Assembly: GCA_017612585.1 (NCBI GenBank)
Contig: JAGAFN010000011.1
Coordinates: forward strand, 1-60,460
Origin: Bacillota bacterium
Lineage (GTDB): Bacteria > Bacillota > Clostridia > Peptostreptococcales > Anaerovoracaceae
Length of the DNA stretch: 60,460 nucleotides
Direction: 5' to 3'
Both the position numbers and the translations under genes were made by a program. The notes below the pieces were generated by a model. It was not told where the DNA came from, made no database searches, and was given only the letters and a program-made list of their open reading frames with translations. Of the stretch, positions 47,379 through 57,231 are shown one piece after another; positions within the stretch are counted from its first letter, which is position 1, and each line of letters starts with the position of its first letter.

Positions 47379-47581
47379 TTTTTGCCCCTTGCCACAGTTA
47401 TTCACCCCCGACCTCGGCATTTTCTGTGGACAAAGGTCTTTTTTGCGCTTCTCCACGTGGCAGAGGCTCTTTTTTGCCTCTTGCCACAGTTATTCACCGC
47501 ATACCCTGCCGCTTTCTGTGGACAAGGGCATTTTTTGACGCTCTCCACGTGGCAGAGGCTCTTTTTTGCTCTTCGCCACAG
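47379..47581. repeat. 92-bp tandem repeat (2 full copies plus a partial)
   Basis: GCCACAG at 47391, 47483 and 47575; TTTCTGTGGACAA and CTCCACGTGGCAGAGGCTCTTTTTTGC duplicated. Confidence 0.85.
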
Positions 47582-47643
47582 ATTTTGCAGCCTGTGAATC
47601 GCATGTCGACGTGGAGAATGGAGATTTTGTACCCCCAACGTGG

Positions 47644-47669
47644 AACGAGCGGCCTTGGCCGCTCGTTTT
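47644..47669. terminator. Hairpin downstream of the hydrogenase operon
   Basis: AACGAGCGGCC/GGCCGCTCGTT inverted repeat. Confidence 0.55.
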
Positions 47670-47708
47670 GTTAATAAATTGTTTTGTAGGTACTTCTGGA
47701 TTTATTTA

Positions 47709-49478
47709 TTATTTGTCGAGGATATTGAATCTCTCTTTCTGCGAGTAATGTGTATGCAGGAGTTTCTCGGCAAGTTCGCTGCCCGGTTTTCCAAGGAAAT
47801 TGTCGTAGAGTTCCTGAATCTGCTTGTTGTCACAGGACACGCGGAGTTCGCAGAGCTGATCTTCGTCGTAGAGCGCGTTCATGCGGAGATCTTTGTATCC
47901 GTATCCGATCTTGTTTCCGTTCTTTACCTTGCTCGGAACGATTGACTGTCCGCCGCCGTTTATGCAGCCGCCCGGGCAACCCATGATTTCGATGAATGTG
48001 TATTTGGAATTGCCTGCTTTAACTTCTTCGAGAAGAGGCTTGGCTGCATTCATGCTGGATGCGATAGCAATCCAGAGCTTGTTTCCCGCAACCTCGACTT
48101 CGGCTTCTTTGACGCCCTGCATTCCTCTGCAAGCCTCAAAGTCAACCTTCTCGAGTTTCTCGCCTTCGAGAATCTGCTTGACTGTTCTAAGCGCAGCTTC
48201 CATTACGCCGCCGGATGCACCGAAGATTACGCCTGCACCGGTATAATCACCGAAGAGGTCCGGATCGAATTCTTCATCATCGAGATCGTTAAAATCGATT
48301 CCGAACATCTTTATAAGTCTTGCGCATTCCCTTGTTGTAAGAACCGCATCCACATCGGGAAGTCCGCTCGTATTGCATTCAGGCCTCTGGATCTCGGACT
48401 TCTTTGCGATGCAAGGCATGATGGATACGGAATATATATTCTTTGGATCAACGCCGTTCTTCTCTGCCCAGTAGGTCTTCAGCATTGCGCCCATCATCAT
48501 GTGAGGCGACTTTGCGGAAGAAAGGTGCGGAAGGAGCTCCGGATACTCGTACTCAATGAATCTTACCCAGCCCGGTGAGCAGGATGTGAATAGAGGAAGA
48601 ACTCCGCCGTGCTCGAGTCTCTCGAGAAGCTCTGTTCCCTCTTCCATGATTGTGAGGTCGGCGGCAAAGTCCGTATCATAAACTCTGTCAAATCCGCAGC
48701 GCTTTAGTGCAGCTACCATCTTGCCGGTAACTCTCGTTCCAATCGGAAGACCGAACTCTTCGCCTAGGGATGCTCTTACCGCAGGAGCGGTCTGAACGAT
48801 TACGACTTTCTCCGGATCGTTTATCGCATCGATAACTTCCTGAATATGCTCCTTCTCTGTGAGCGCGCCAACAGGGCAGTTAATTACGCACTGTCCGCAC
48901 TGCATGCAGTTAACGTCAGCAAAACTCTTGTCGTAAACCGGAGCAACGATTGTCGCGAATCCTCTGTTTTCAAAACCGAGAACTCCGAGTCCCTGAACCT
49001 TCTTGCAAGTCTCCACGCAGCGCTCGCAGAGTACACATTTGGATGTGTCTCTAACGATGCCGTGGCTGAAATTGTCGAATGAAGGCTTGGTATATTCTCC
49101 ATCGAACTGATTCTCGCGAATACCCATCTCTTCGCATAGCGTCTGCAGTTCACAGTTCTGGTTTCTCTTGCAGGAGAGACAGTTCTTATTGTGGTTTGAC
49201 ATAATGAGCTCGAGCGAGTTCCTTCTACCCTTTAAAGCTCTCTCGGAGTTCGTATAGACTTCCATACCTTCGCTTACCGGCGTGGTGCAGGATGAAAGAA
49301 GCGCTCTTGCTCCCTTGACCTCAACCAAGCAGATACGGCATGCGCCGGACTTATTTATGTCCTTCAGATAACAAAGTGTAGGAATGTGAATTCCGGCATT
49401 GCGCGCAGCCTCCAGAATAGTCTGTCCGGATTCGGCTGTAATTTGTCTTCCGTTAATGGTTAAATTTACTGTTGCCAT
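47709..49478 (-). CDS. hydA: [FeFe]-hydrogenase catalytic subunit (HydA/HndD, group A3)
   Basis: N-terminal 2Fe-2S and 4Fe-4S motifs; H-cluster motifs TSCSPGW, MPCIAKKSE, EIMGCPGGCINGGGQ. Confidence 0.95.
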   Translation of the reverse strand: MATVNLTINGRQITAESGQTILEAARNAGIHIPTLCYLKDINKSGACRICLVEVKGARALLSSCTTPVSEGMEVYTNSERALKGRRNSLELIMSNHNKNCLSCKRNQNCELQTLCEEMGIRENQFDGEYTKPSFDNFSHGIVRDTSKCVLCERCVETCKKVQGLGVLGFENRGFATIVAPVYDKSFADVNCMQCGQCVINCPVGALTEKEHIQEVIDAINDPEKVVIVQTAPAVRASLGEEFGLPIGTRVTGKMVAALKRCGFDRVYDTDFAADLTIMEEGTELLERLEHGGVLPLFTSCSPGWVRFIEYEYPELLPHLSSAKSPHMMMGAMLKTYWAEKNGVDPKNIYSVSIMPCIAKKSEIQRPECNTSGLPDVDAVLTTRECARLIKMFGIDFNDLDDEEFDPDLFGDYTGAGVIFGASGGVMEAALRTVKQILEGEKLEKVDFEACRGMQGVKEAEVEVAGNKLWIAIASSMNAAKPLLEEVKAGNSKYTFIEIMGCPGGCINGGGQSIVPSKVKNGNKIGYGYKDLRMNALYDEDQLCELRVSCDNKQIQELYDNFLGKPGSELAEKLLHTHYSQKERFNILDK

Positions 49479-49490
49479 TTTCCGTACCTC

Positions 49491-51296
49491 CTAAACTCTC
49501 GTTACTGCCTGGAAACGACATGCGTTCATGCAGTTTCCGCATTTGATACATTTTGTCTGATGGATTTCATAAGGTTCTTTACCTTGTACGCCGGTAATCG
49601 CTTCCGCGGGACAAGCCCTTGCGCAGAGCGAGCACATCTTACATGTATCTTTATCGATCTCGTATGTGAGAAGCGATTTGCAGACGTGTGCCGGGCACTT
49701 CTTGTCTACAACGTGTGCTATATACTCATCTCTGAAGTGCGAGAGCGTCGAGAGAATCGGGTTCGGTGCCGTCTGACCGAGTCCGCAGAGTGCGGTATCC
49801 TTGATCTCGTAGCAAAGCTCTTCCATCTTGTCGAGAAGTTCCATGCTTCCTCTTCCCGCGATTATCTCGTTCAGCATCTCTAGAAGTCGCTTGGTACCAA
49901 CTCGGCAAGGCGTGCACTTGCCACATGATTCGTCAACGATGAATTCCATATAGAATCTCGCAACGTCGACCATGCAGTTATCTTCGTCTAGAACAATCAT
50001 TCCGCCCGATCCCATCATAGAGCCCGCAGCTACGAGGTGCTCGTAGTCGATTGGTGTGTCGAGTTCCTGTTCGGTAAGGCATCCGCCGGAAGGTCCACCC
50101 GTCTGAACAGCCTTAAAGGCCTTGTTGTTCGGGCATCCGCCACCGATTTCGTAGATGATTTCCCTGAGCGTTGTTCCCATCGGAACTTCTACTAGACCTG
50201 TGTTCTTAATCTTTCCACCGAGGGCGAATACCTTTGTTCCCTTGGACTTCTCGGTACCCATGGATGAATACCAGTCGGATCCGTTAAGAACTATCTGCGC
50301 AACGTTTGCGAGGGTTTCTACGTTGTTGATGCTTGTCGGTTTACCCCATACGCCTGATACCGCAGGGAATGGCGGCTTTGGCGTCGGCATTCCGCGGCGG
50401 CCTTCGATCGATGCGATAAGAGCTGTCTCTTCACCGCAGACGAACGCACCAGCGCCGAGTCTGATTTCGATGTCAAAGCTAAAGCCCGTACCAAAGATAT
50501 TGTCTCCGAGAAGACCGAGTTCTCTCGCCTGATCTATTGCGATGTTGAGTCTGTGAACGGCAATTGGGTACTCTGCACGGATATAGATATATCCCTTGTG
50601 TGCGCCAACGGCATAAGCCATGAGCGCCATACCCTCGAGTACCGCATGCGGGTCGCCTTCCAGAATGGAACGATCCATAAATGCACCGGGGTCACCTTCG
50701 TCGGCGTTACAGATTACATATTTCTCATCGCCCGGTTGGTCGGCTTCGAACTGCCATTTGTTTCCCGTCGGGAATCCTGCGCCACCGCGTCCTCGGAGAC
50801 CAGATGCCTTAACAACATCTATCACCTGCTGCGGCGTCATTTCGGTAAGAGCTGTTCCGAGAGCCTCGTAACCTCTTACCGCAATATATTCCTGGATGTC
50901 TTCCGGATTAATCTTTCCGCAGTTTCTAAGCGCTATACGATTCTGTTTCTCGTAGAATTTGATCTTGTCGATATCGTAAATCGTTTCGTTTGTTTCTAGG
51001 TCCTCGTCCGATAGCTCGAGTTCTGTTACGTGACGGCCTTTGTAGAGATGTTCCGAAACTATTCTCTCAACGTCCTCCGGTTTTACATGACAATAGAACG
51101 TCTTGTCCGGATAGATTGCCACGATAGGTCCCTTCTGGCAGAGACCAAAGCAACCAGTCTTGATAACCTTTACTTCTTCATCCAGTCCGAGTTTCTTCAA
51201 TTCCTCGTTGAAATTGTTAAAAATCTCGTCGGACTTGCTGGCGGTACATCCTGTTCCCGCACAGCAAAGCACGTTTGCACGAATTGCGGTGCGCAT
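49491..51296 (-). CDS. hydB: NuoF-like NADH/FMN subunit (HydB/HndC)
   Basis: GRGGAGFPTG, CNADEGDPGAFMDR, CGEETAL, ESCGKCTPCR, C-terminal 2x4Fe-4S. Confidence 0.95.
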   Translation of the reverse strand: MRTAIRANVLCCAGTGCTASKSDEIFNNFNEELKKLGLDEEVKVIKTGCFGLCQKGPIVAIYPDKTFYCHVKPEDVERIVSEHLYKGRHVTELELSDEDLETNETIYDIDKIKFYEKQNRIALRNCGKINPEDIQEYIAVRGYEALGTALTEMTPQQVIDVVKASGLRGRGGAGFPTGNKWQFEADQPGDEKYVICNADEGDPGAFMDRSILEGDPHAVLEGMALMAYAVGAHKGYIYIRAEYPIAVHRLNIAIDQARELGLLGDNIFGTGFSFDIEIRLGAGAFVCGEETALIASIEGRRGMPTPKPPFPAVSGVWGKPTSINNVETLANVAQIVLNGSDWYSSMGTEKSKGTKVFALGGKIKNTGLVEVPMGTTLREIIYEIGGGCPNNKAFKAVQTGGPSGGCLTEQELDTPIDYEHLVAAGSMMGSGGMIVLDEDNCMVDVARFYMEFIVDESCGKCTPCRVGTKRLLEMLNEIIAGRGSMELLDKMEELCYEIKDTALCGLGQTAPNPILSTLSHFRDEYIAHVVDKKCPAHVCKSLLTYEIDKDTCKMCSLCARACPAEAITGVQGKEPYEIHQTKCIKCGNCMNACRFQAVTRV

Positions 51297-51297
51297 T

Positions 51298-51672
51298 TTA
51301 TACCTCCTTATTCTGTACAGCGTTTATGGTATATTCCTCAACTATCTGTCCCTTACCAATATGTTCTTCGAGAATGCGAGATGCCTTGTCCGGATCGACA
51401 AGAACATAGGTCGTATGCTCTCCGTCTTTTCCATAAACCTCTACGATTGGCTCGTAAATGCACATTCCTATGCATCCCGTCTGTGTGATTGCGCAGTTGT
51501 AATTCTTCTCTGCGGTTTCCTCTACCAAACGATTGAGCACCGTACGCGCACCCGCAGCTATTCCGCAAGTAGCCATGCCTACGACAACTCTGTATTCCTT
51601 GTCGCTGTCTCGCATTTCGACTCGCTTAAGAGCTTCCTCCCGCATCTTCTTCAGATCTTCCAGACTCTTCAT
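51298..51672 (-). CDS. Thioredoxin-like 2Fe-2S subunit (HndB/HydD)
   Basis: VGMATCGIAAGA, GCIGMC..EP. Confidence 0.88.
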   Translation of the reverse strand: MKSLEDLKKMREEALKRVEMRDSDKEYRVVVGMATCGIAAGARTVLNRLVEETAEKNYNCAITQTGCIGMCIYEPIVEVYGKDGEHTTYVLVDPDKASRILEEHIGKGQIVEEYTINAVQNKEV

Positions 51673-52221
51673 CTACAGTTCCTCCTTTGTTCGTACAATT
51701 CCCTCGTTTATGTAAGCCTTAATCCACATTAGAATTTCAGGTTCCAGCAAACTGACTCCGTCCAATTCTTTTTTAACCTCATCCGTCCTGAATATGAATT
51801 CGTCGGAATCGGTTTTGTATGAAAAAACAAAATCTATTTTTTCGTCCGCCATAATGCATTGCATCATCATCTCTCCAAGATCACCCATGGGCGGCACATC
51901 GATATTGTCTCTTCTAACACTTGCCTTAAGCAAAGTACCTTCACCCGCCTTACTCTCGATGTCAAAGCTTCCATCGCACATCTCAGTAAGCCCCTTCATA
52001 AAGGAAACTCCCATTCCGACTTTACGGGTTTCTCTCGTCGTCATGAATGGATCGACCACTTTACAAAGAAATTCTTTAGTCATTCCTCTGCCGTCATCCC
52101 TCACAGACATTTCTATAAGGTTTTTCTCTCTGCTGTCTTCTATTTCTATTTCTATATTCTTAGAATCGGCATGGATGCTGTTCATGATGATTTCCATCAT
52201 GTGCATCGCCAGATCCTCCAT
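51673..52221 (-). CDS. HATPase_c (histidine kinase-like ATPase) protein
   Basis: NSIHA, DDGRGM, DPF.TTR..RKVG.G, G.GT. Confidence 0.85.
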   Translation of the reverse strand: MEDLAMHMMEIIMNSIHADSKNIEIEIEDSREKNLIEMSVRDDGRGMTKEFLCKVVDPFMTTRETRKVGMGVSFMKGLTEMCDGSFDIESKAGEGTLLKASVRRDNIDVPPMGDLGEMMMQCIMADEKIDFVFSYKTDSDEFIFRTDEVKKELDGVSLLEPEILMWIKAYINEGIVRTKEEL

Positions 52222-52922
52222 CATGCCTCATCACCCCACAATCGTTTGAACGTGGTGCTCGTCATATAATGATCGGCCTCCGCGATGTCGATTAGCCTAT
52301 GTGCATCGGAATCCGTAAGCCATACGGTTTCATCTTCTTTGATCCACGGATTGCTCTTGAGCACTCTCGGTATTTCTTCGAGGCTCTTTACTTCGAGTCC
52401 ATCATACGCGAGTCCTTCCGGAATGAAGCCGAGCTGATTCATAATGCTGTTTTCTCTGTCGAGGACGTGCGCCAGAATTGCTCGTCCTCCGAGCTTATGT
52501 ATCTCTTCTATCGTTTCATCGAGCGTTGAGCTTAGCGATACGAGAAGGAGTCTCTCCTCCTGCTCGACGAATTCGTCTTCCGTGTTGCATACCCATTGAT
52601 CTCCGAAGAAATCTACGCTGTTAGGTATTCCCGGCATGCGCTCATCTATCCAAGGCTGAAGTTTAAGTGCGTCATCAAGGTTCTTAAAAAGCGCGAGCAC
52701 ATGCACTTCTTCCGATGTCTGAAGCTCCGCGCCGTATAGGCATTTGATTCCGGAAGCCTTTGCACAGGAAGCGAATGCGCTTAGCTGCCTCACGGAATTA
52801 TGGTCGGTGACCGCAATAAGTTCAAGGCCCTTTATAAGCGCCATATTGCATATATTGTTAGGCGTCATTTCGTTCTCCGCACAAGGAGAAAGCGCGCTAT
52901 GTATATGCAAGTCGTAATACAT
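52221..52922 (-). CDS. PHP-domain phosphoesterase
   Basis: DLHIHS, TDHN, E...H, AHV, SDAH. Confidence 0.9.
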   Translation of the reverse strand: MYYDLHIHSALSPCAENEMTPNNICNMALIKGLELIAVTDHNSVRQLSAFASCAKASGIKCLYGAELQTSEEVHVLALFKNLDDALKLQPWIDERMPGIPNSVDFFGDQWVCNTEDEFVEQEERLLLVSLSSTLDETIEEIHKLGGRAILAHVLDRENSIMNQLGFIPEGLAYDGLEVKSLEEIPRVLKSNPWIKEDETVWLTDSDAHRLIDIAEADHYMTSTTFKRLWGDEA

Positions 52923-53254
52923 TAGATTCCCAGTTCTACCAGTGCCTTTGCGGTTTCAAATACAGGGATTGCGCTCTCTATAATCGCAAGGTCCTCCTCT
53001 TCGGCTTTGGCAATTACATCTTCCGTTATCGCCGCATTGTCCGCGAGGATGATGCAGGAGAACTCTCTGAGCTTGGCTACGGCTACAGCGTTCATATGAA
53101 TCTGCACCGTAATCCATGCCTGCCCCGGTTCGCCGTTTCCCATGACCCAGCTTAATAGGTCGCCGCAGTATGCACCTTCAATTTCTTTTTCCAAGTCAGC
53201 CGCTTCTGTCACGAGCGTCCACCCTGTTTCTTCTATCAAATCATTCAGCGTCAT
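52922..53254 (-). CDS. DRTGG/HPr-kinase-N-like small protein
   Basis: GAYCGDLLSWVM, WITVQ.H.N.VAVA. Confidence 0.8.
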   Translation of the reverse strand: MTLNDLIEETGWTLVTEAADLEKEIEGAYCGDLLSWVMGNGEPGQAWITVQIHMNAVAVAKLREFSCIILADNAAITEDVIAKAEEEDLAIIESAIPVFETAKALVELGI

Positions 53255-54452
53255 TTGATTTCTCCTTTGCAGACAGTATTCTGCAGTCGTCCAATTTTCT
53301 TTCGCCTTTTATAATGCTCTCGGCCATCACTCTGCACGTCTGCATTCCGCATGCGCTGCAGTCGAGACCCGGAAGTTGCTCCAGCACTTCATTGACTTTC
53401 TTGAAGAACGCCATCTTCTCCGCAACGCTTACCTGGCTCTTCTTCTCCACGATTACATCTTCGCAGTAGAGAAGTTCAAAAGGAAGTTCCGGTGGTTCCT
53501 TCACATCTTTCGGCGAGAGCGCGTGGATATTGTTCTTGGCAAGATATCCGTTTCCGAACATCAGATGCCCACCGACACAACCGTTGAAGCAGTTGAATAG
53601 ATATAGCAGTCTGAACGACTTTAGAAGGTCGAATTCCGCCAGATCCAAAATATTTTCTACCTTCTCGGATCCGTCAGCCATCAGGTACTCCGGTTTCTGC
53701 GGAATGAGCGCCGTATTGCATGACTGAAGTCCCGCTCTTGAGAACTCGAGCTTGGGCCTCTCGCTATTCGGGTTCTTCTTCTGTATCAAAGGAAGTATGT
53801 CGACTATCGCTATCGCGTGATCTACTTCCCTGTTCGGATTGTCGTATGGATGCTTTGCGAGAACCAGTTTGGCTTCACATTCGCAGAGATAGAATATGCC
53901 TACGGTTCCTCCTCCAACTTCTCTTTCCGAGAGTTGCTCTCTCACCATCATCGCCGCAAGCTCACTCGCATATCTTAGAGGAGCAAAATGGTCAATCAGC
54001 ATCGGATATTTTGTTTCTATAAGCTGGACCACTACCGGGCAGAATGAAGTTATGACTGACTCTTTGGAGATATCGTCGGCAAGTCTAAACGTCTCGTTCA
54101 TAATCGCGCCTTCGATATCGCTTATGTCGATGACCTCGTCAAATCCGAGGTCTTTGATGTTGGCAAACATCTCTTCCGCTTTTTCCATGCTTCCGCACTG
54201 TGAAGAAAGCGCAGCGGGAACCAGGCATACCGTATAGTCATAATCGTCTATCGCGGTAAGAGGGCTTCCCTCAGCAAGAAGACCTTTGCTGTGACACGCT
54301 CTAATACATCTTCCACAGTTGATGCAGAGATCGCCGTCGATAATTATTCGATTGTCCACCATTGACAGCGCGGATGTCGGGCATGCCTTGATGCACTTCA
54401 TACATTTCTCGCAACTATCCAATGTGTATTTTACAACCGACTTTTCGTTCAT
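53241..54452 (-). CDS. Divergent [FeFe]-hydrogenase-like Fe-S protein (putatively sensory)
   Basis: N-terminal 2x CxxCxxC, degenerate H-cluster motifs TSFCP / CECEAK / NCFNGCVGG, C-terminal LPGLDCSACG..TC. Confidence 0.8.
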   Translation of the reverse strand: MNEKSVVKYTLDSCEKCMKCIKACPTSALSMVDNRIIIDGDLCINCGRCIRACHSKGLLAEGSPLTAIDDYDYTVCLVPAALSSQCGSMEKAEEMFANIKDLGFDEVIDISDIEGAIMNETFRLADDISKESVITSFCPVVVQLIETKYPMLIDHFAPLRYASELAAMMVREQLSEREVGGGTVGIFYLCECEAKLVLAKHPYDNPNREVDHAIAIVDILPLIQKKNPNSERPKLEFSRAGLQSCNTALIPQKPEYLMADGSEKVENILDLAEFDLLKSFRLLYLFNCFNGCVGGHLMFGNGYLAKNNIHALSPKDVKEPPELPFELLYCEDVIVEKKSQVSVAEKMAFFKKVNEVLEQLPGLDCSACGMQTCRVMAESIIKGERKLDDCRILSAKEKSNDAE

Positions 54453-54504
54453 TATGCTCCTTTAGTTCTTTATTCGCTTTGAGCTATTATTGATTGTTTG
54501 CTTC

Positions 54505-54933
54505 TTATGCGCCTTTAAATGACAGGCTTAGCACTGTGCCCTCAGGGCTCGTTTCTATATCGAATGTATCTGAAACCCTTTTGATATTCGGAAGCCCCAT
54601 TCCGGCACCAAAGCCGAGACTCCTCGCTTCTTCGTCGGCCGTGCTGAATCCGGGCGTCATGGCTTTTTCCAAATCCTCGATTCCCGGCCCCCTGTCCGCA
54701 AAAACAAGTTTCACCGTTCCGTCATCCATGAGGTCCAGAAAAATCTTTCCTCCGTATGCATGGATGACAAGATTGATTTCCGCTTCATAGCAGGCGACCG
54801 CAATATTCCTTAGGACCTTTGGATCTATTCCGACCTGCTTTAGGATGTCCTTTATACGGCTGCTCACCTTTCCTGCGTTTGCATAATCGTCCTGCACTAC
54901 TTCATATTCTTCATGTAGTATTGATTCAGACAT
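54505..54933 (-). CDS. Anti-sigma-factor-type Ser/Thr kinase (RsbT/RsbW-like)
   Basis: YEAEINLVIHA, DRGPGI, GFGAGMGLPN. Confidence 0.88.
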   Translation of the reverse strand: MSESILHEEYEVVQDDYANAGKVSSRIKDILKQVGIDPKVLRNIAVACYEAEINLVIHAYGGKIFLDLMDDGTVKLVFADRGPGIEDLEKAMTPGFSTADEEARSLGFGAGMGLPNIKRVSDTFDIETSPEGTVLSLSFKGA

Positions 54934-55288
54934 CTATCGCACTCAATCCTTCCGCAAAAAGTCTTCCGCAGGCCTCATACATGCTTAGCGATGTTCCGAC
55001 TACGTTTATCCCTGCCTCCTCGGCAAGATCGACAACATCATCCGCAAGCCTTTTGCCGCGCGCAAACACTATGAAATCCATGTCAAGCATCTCCGCGGTT
55101 CTAATCGCCTGTGCATTACAAAGCCCCGTGATAAGAACTGTCTTATCTGAATCCTTTTGCACCATCGCAAGAACGTCAGACATTAAATCGCTCGCAAAAG
55201 CATGAGGATAGTTCTTGTCCATCTTCTCCTCATCGACAATTGCGATTTTTCTTGCGTTTAAAACTTCTTTTATTTCCTTGGCGGTCAT
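54926..55288 (-). CDS. DRTGG-domain protein
   Basis: ASDLMSDVLA, LITGL.N.Q.IRTAEM. Confidence 0.85.
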   Translation of the reverse strand: MTAKEIKEVLNARKIAIVDEEKMDKNYPHAFASDLMSDVLAMVQKDSDKTVLITGLCNAQAIRTAEMLDMDFIVFARGKRLADDVVDLAEEAGINVVGTSLSMYEACGRLFAEGLSAIDV

Positions 55289-55791
55289 TATGACAGCTTG
55301 CCTTTCTGCGACATTTCCGCATCAATGATTGCTTTGACTTCTTCTCTTATGATTTCTTTGGTGGATGCGCCGATTACTCTACCATCTATTATGCAAACAG
55401 GAGCGAGACCGCAAGCGCCCACGCATCTTGTTGCGTCGATTGAGAAGAGACCGTCTTCGCTTGTTCCGTTGATCGGCGCACCGGTGATTTCAGACGCCTC
55501 GTCTATAAGAGTCTGCGAACCCTTTACGTAGCAAGCGGTTCCGAGACATACGTTTATAACGTGCTTTCCCTTTGGTTCTGTCGTAAACTGCGCATAGAAG
55601 TTAACTACGCCGAAAACTTCCGCAACGCTCTCGCCGGATGCTTCGCTGATTTTCTCAATAGCTTCAAAAGGAATATATCCAAATGCATCCTGCACTTCGT
55701 GAAGCATTACCATCACAGGACCCCTTAGGTCCTTGTGCGCTTCCACAATCTCATTAATCTTTTTGATGGATTCGCTAGTTAATCTTTCCAT
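55288..55791 (-). CDS. hydC: NuoE-like 2Fe-2S subunit (HydC/HndA)
   Basis: VCLGTACYVKG, RCVGACGLAP. Confidence 0.92.
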   Translation of the reverse strand: MERLTSESIKKINEIVEAHKDLRGPVMVMLHEVQDAFGYIPFEAIEKISEASGESVAEVFGVVNFYAQFTTEPKGKHVINVCLGTACYVKGSQTLIDEASEITGAPINGTSEDGLFSIDATRCVGACGLAPVCIIDGRVIGASTKEIIREEVKAIIDAEMSQKGKLS

Positions 55792-55917
55792 GTCTCCTCC
55801 TTAAAATTCGCCTGTATCGTCTTTTATATAATCCTGTAAATGTATCCCTTTTCCGTTAACCGCTTTTTAGCACCTCTACTCTACGGCTGTTTGGTTGATT
55901 CTTCTTGCTTGCCGCAA

Positions 55918-56454
55918 CTATCTAACACATTCGATTCCGCGGTGAAGCGCCTCTATGTTTAGAGGCACAAGTTCTGCCTTCTTGTTGGCAAAGAGGACTT
56001 TGATCATAGCTTCTACGGTTTCGACTCTTAAGAAGTCGTTTGCTCCGACGTATGCGCCGAGCATAACCATGTTTCCAACCTTGGGATTTCCTAGTTCCCT
56101 CGCAATGTCGTCACAGGGTATATAATACGATTTTACGTCGTCTCGCGTTACCTTATCGCTCACAACACTGCTGTTTACGAATACTCCGCCGCCGCTCATT
56201 ACATCCGGTTCAAACTTGGCAAGCGATGGCCTATTCATTACGATAATGTCGGTCGGATGCTCGATGAGCGGTGTTCCAATTCTTGAGTCACTCAGGATTA
56301 CCGAGCAGTTTGATGTTCCTCCGCGCATTTCCGGTCCGTATGACGGAACCCAAGTCATTTCGAGTCCCTCTTCAACTCCGGCTTCTGCGATATTCTTGCC
56401 GATGGACATAACTCCCTGTCCGCCAAACCCGGCGATGATTATCTCTTTACGCAT
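55918..56454 (-). CDS. 2-oxoacid:ferredoxin oxidoreductase gamma subunit
   Basis: AGFGGQG, PSYGPEMRGG, NMVMLGA. Confidence 0.92.
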   Translation of the reverse strand: MRKEIIIAGFGGQGVMSIGKNIAEAGVEEGLEMTWVPSYGPEMRGGTSNCSVILSDSRIGTPLIEHPTDIIVMNRPSLAKFEPDVMSGGGVFVNSSVVSDKVTRDDVKSYYIPCDDIARELGNPKVGNMVMLGAYVGANDFLRVETVEAMIKVLFANKKAELVPLNIEALHRGIECVR

Positions 56455-57220
56455 CAGCCTTCACCTCCTTTGAACCCGCATCGGAAGTGACATCTTTTAT
56501 TACTCCGAGCGGATAATACTCGGCCATATTGTCTATGAGCCATTTATTGGCGTCGAGGACGTTCATTCCCCAGTTTGTCGGGCAGGCTGCGAGAACTTCA
56601 ACAAAGGTAAATCCCGCTCTCTCTTCCTGAAGCCTGAACGCCTTCTGAATGGCCTTCTTGGCTTTGTTTAGATGAGGAATATCCGTTACGCACACTCTCT
56701 CCGCATAGACGAGTCCTTCGAGAGTCGAGAGCATTTCGGAGACCCTTATCGGCATGCCGGCAGCTTCCACACTTCTTCCCGACTGCGACGTTGTCGTCTT
56801 CTGTCCGATGAGTGTGGTCGGCGCCATCTGCCCTCCGGTCATTCCGTATATTGCATTGTTTATAAATATTCCGGTGAACTTTTCTCCACGCATTGCCGCG
56901 TGAACTATCTCCGCGGCACCGATAGAAGCTAAGTCGCCGTCTCCCTGATATGTGAATACGAGTTTATCGGGATTTGTTCTCTTGACTCCCGTCGCAACGG
57001 CAGGGGCTCTTCCGTGAGCCGCTTCTATGAAATCCGAGTAGAAATAGTTTCCGGCAAATACGCTGCAGCCTACTGGACAGATTCCGATTGCGGTATCTAA
57101 CCTATCCATCTCTTCAAGCGTTTCCGCAATCAGCTTATGCACTATGCCGTGAGCACATCCCGGGCAGTAATGCATTTCCGTATCCTGAAGTCCCTTTGAC
57201 TTTGCATAAACGGTCTTCAT
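56447..57220 (-). CDS. 2-oxoacid:ferredoxin oxidoreductase beta (TPP-binding) subunit
   Basis: YCPGCAHG, HGRA, QGDGD, NN.IYGMTGGQ, CPTNW. Confidence 0.92.
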   Translation of the reverse strand: MKTVYAKSKGLQDTEMHYCPGCAHGIVHKLIAETLEEMDRLDTAIGICPVGCSVFAGNYFYSDFIEAAHGRAPAVATGVKRTNPDKLVFTYQGDGDLASIGAAEIVHAAMRGEKFTGIFINNAIYGMTGGQMAPTTLIGQKTTTSQSGRSVEAAGMPIRVSEMLSTLEGLVYAERVCVTDIPHLNKAKKAIQKAFRLQEERAGFTFVEVLAACPTNWGMNVLDANKWLIDNMAEYYPLGVIKDVTSDAGSKEVKADA

Positions 57221-57231
57221 CTCTGCCCTCC

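Noticed and set aside
47379-47581. Possible CRISPR array
   Set aside because: Only about 2 units of 92 bp, the variable parts are short and related, and no cas genes are present
48565-48590. TSCSPGW instead of TSCCP in HydA
   Set aside because: Common variant of the L1 motif in multimeric group A hydrogenases; not evidence of inactivity
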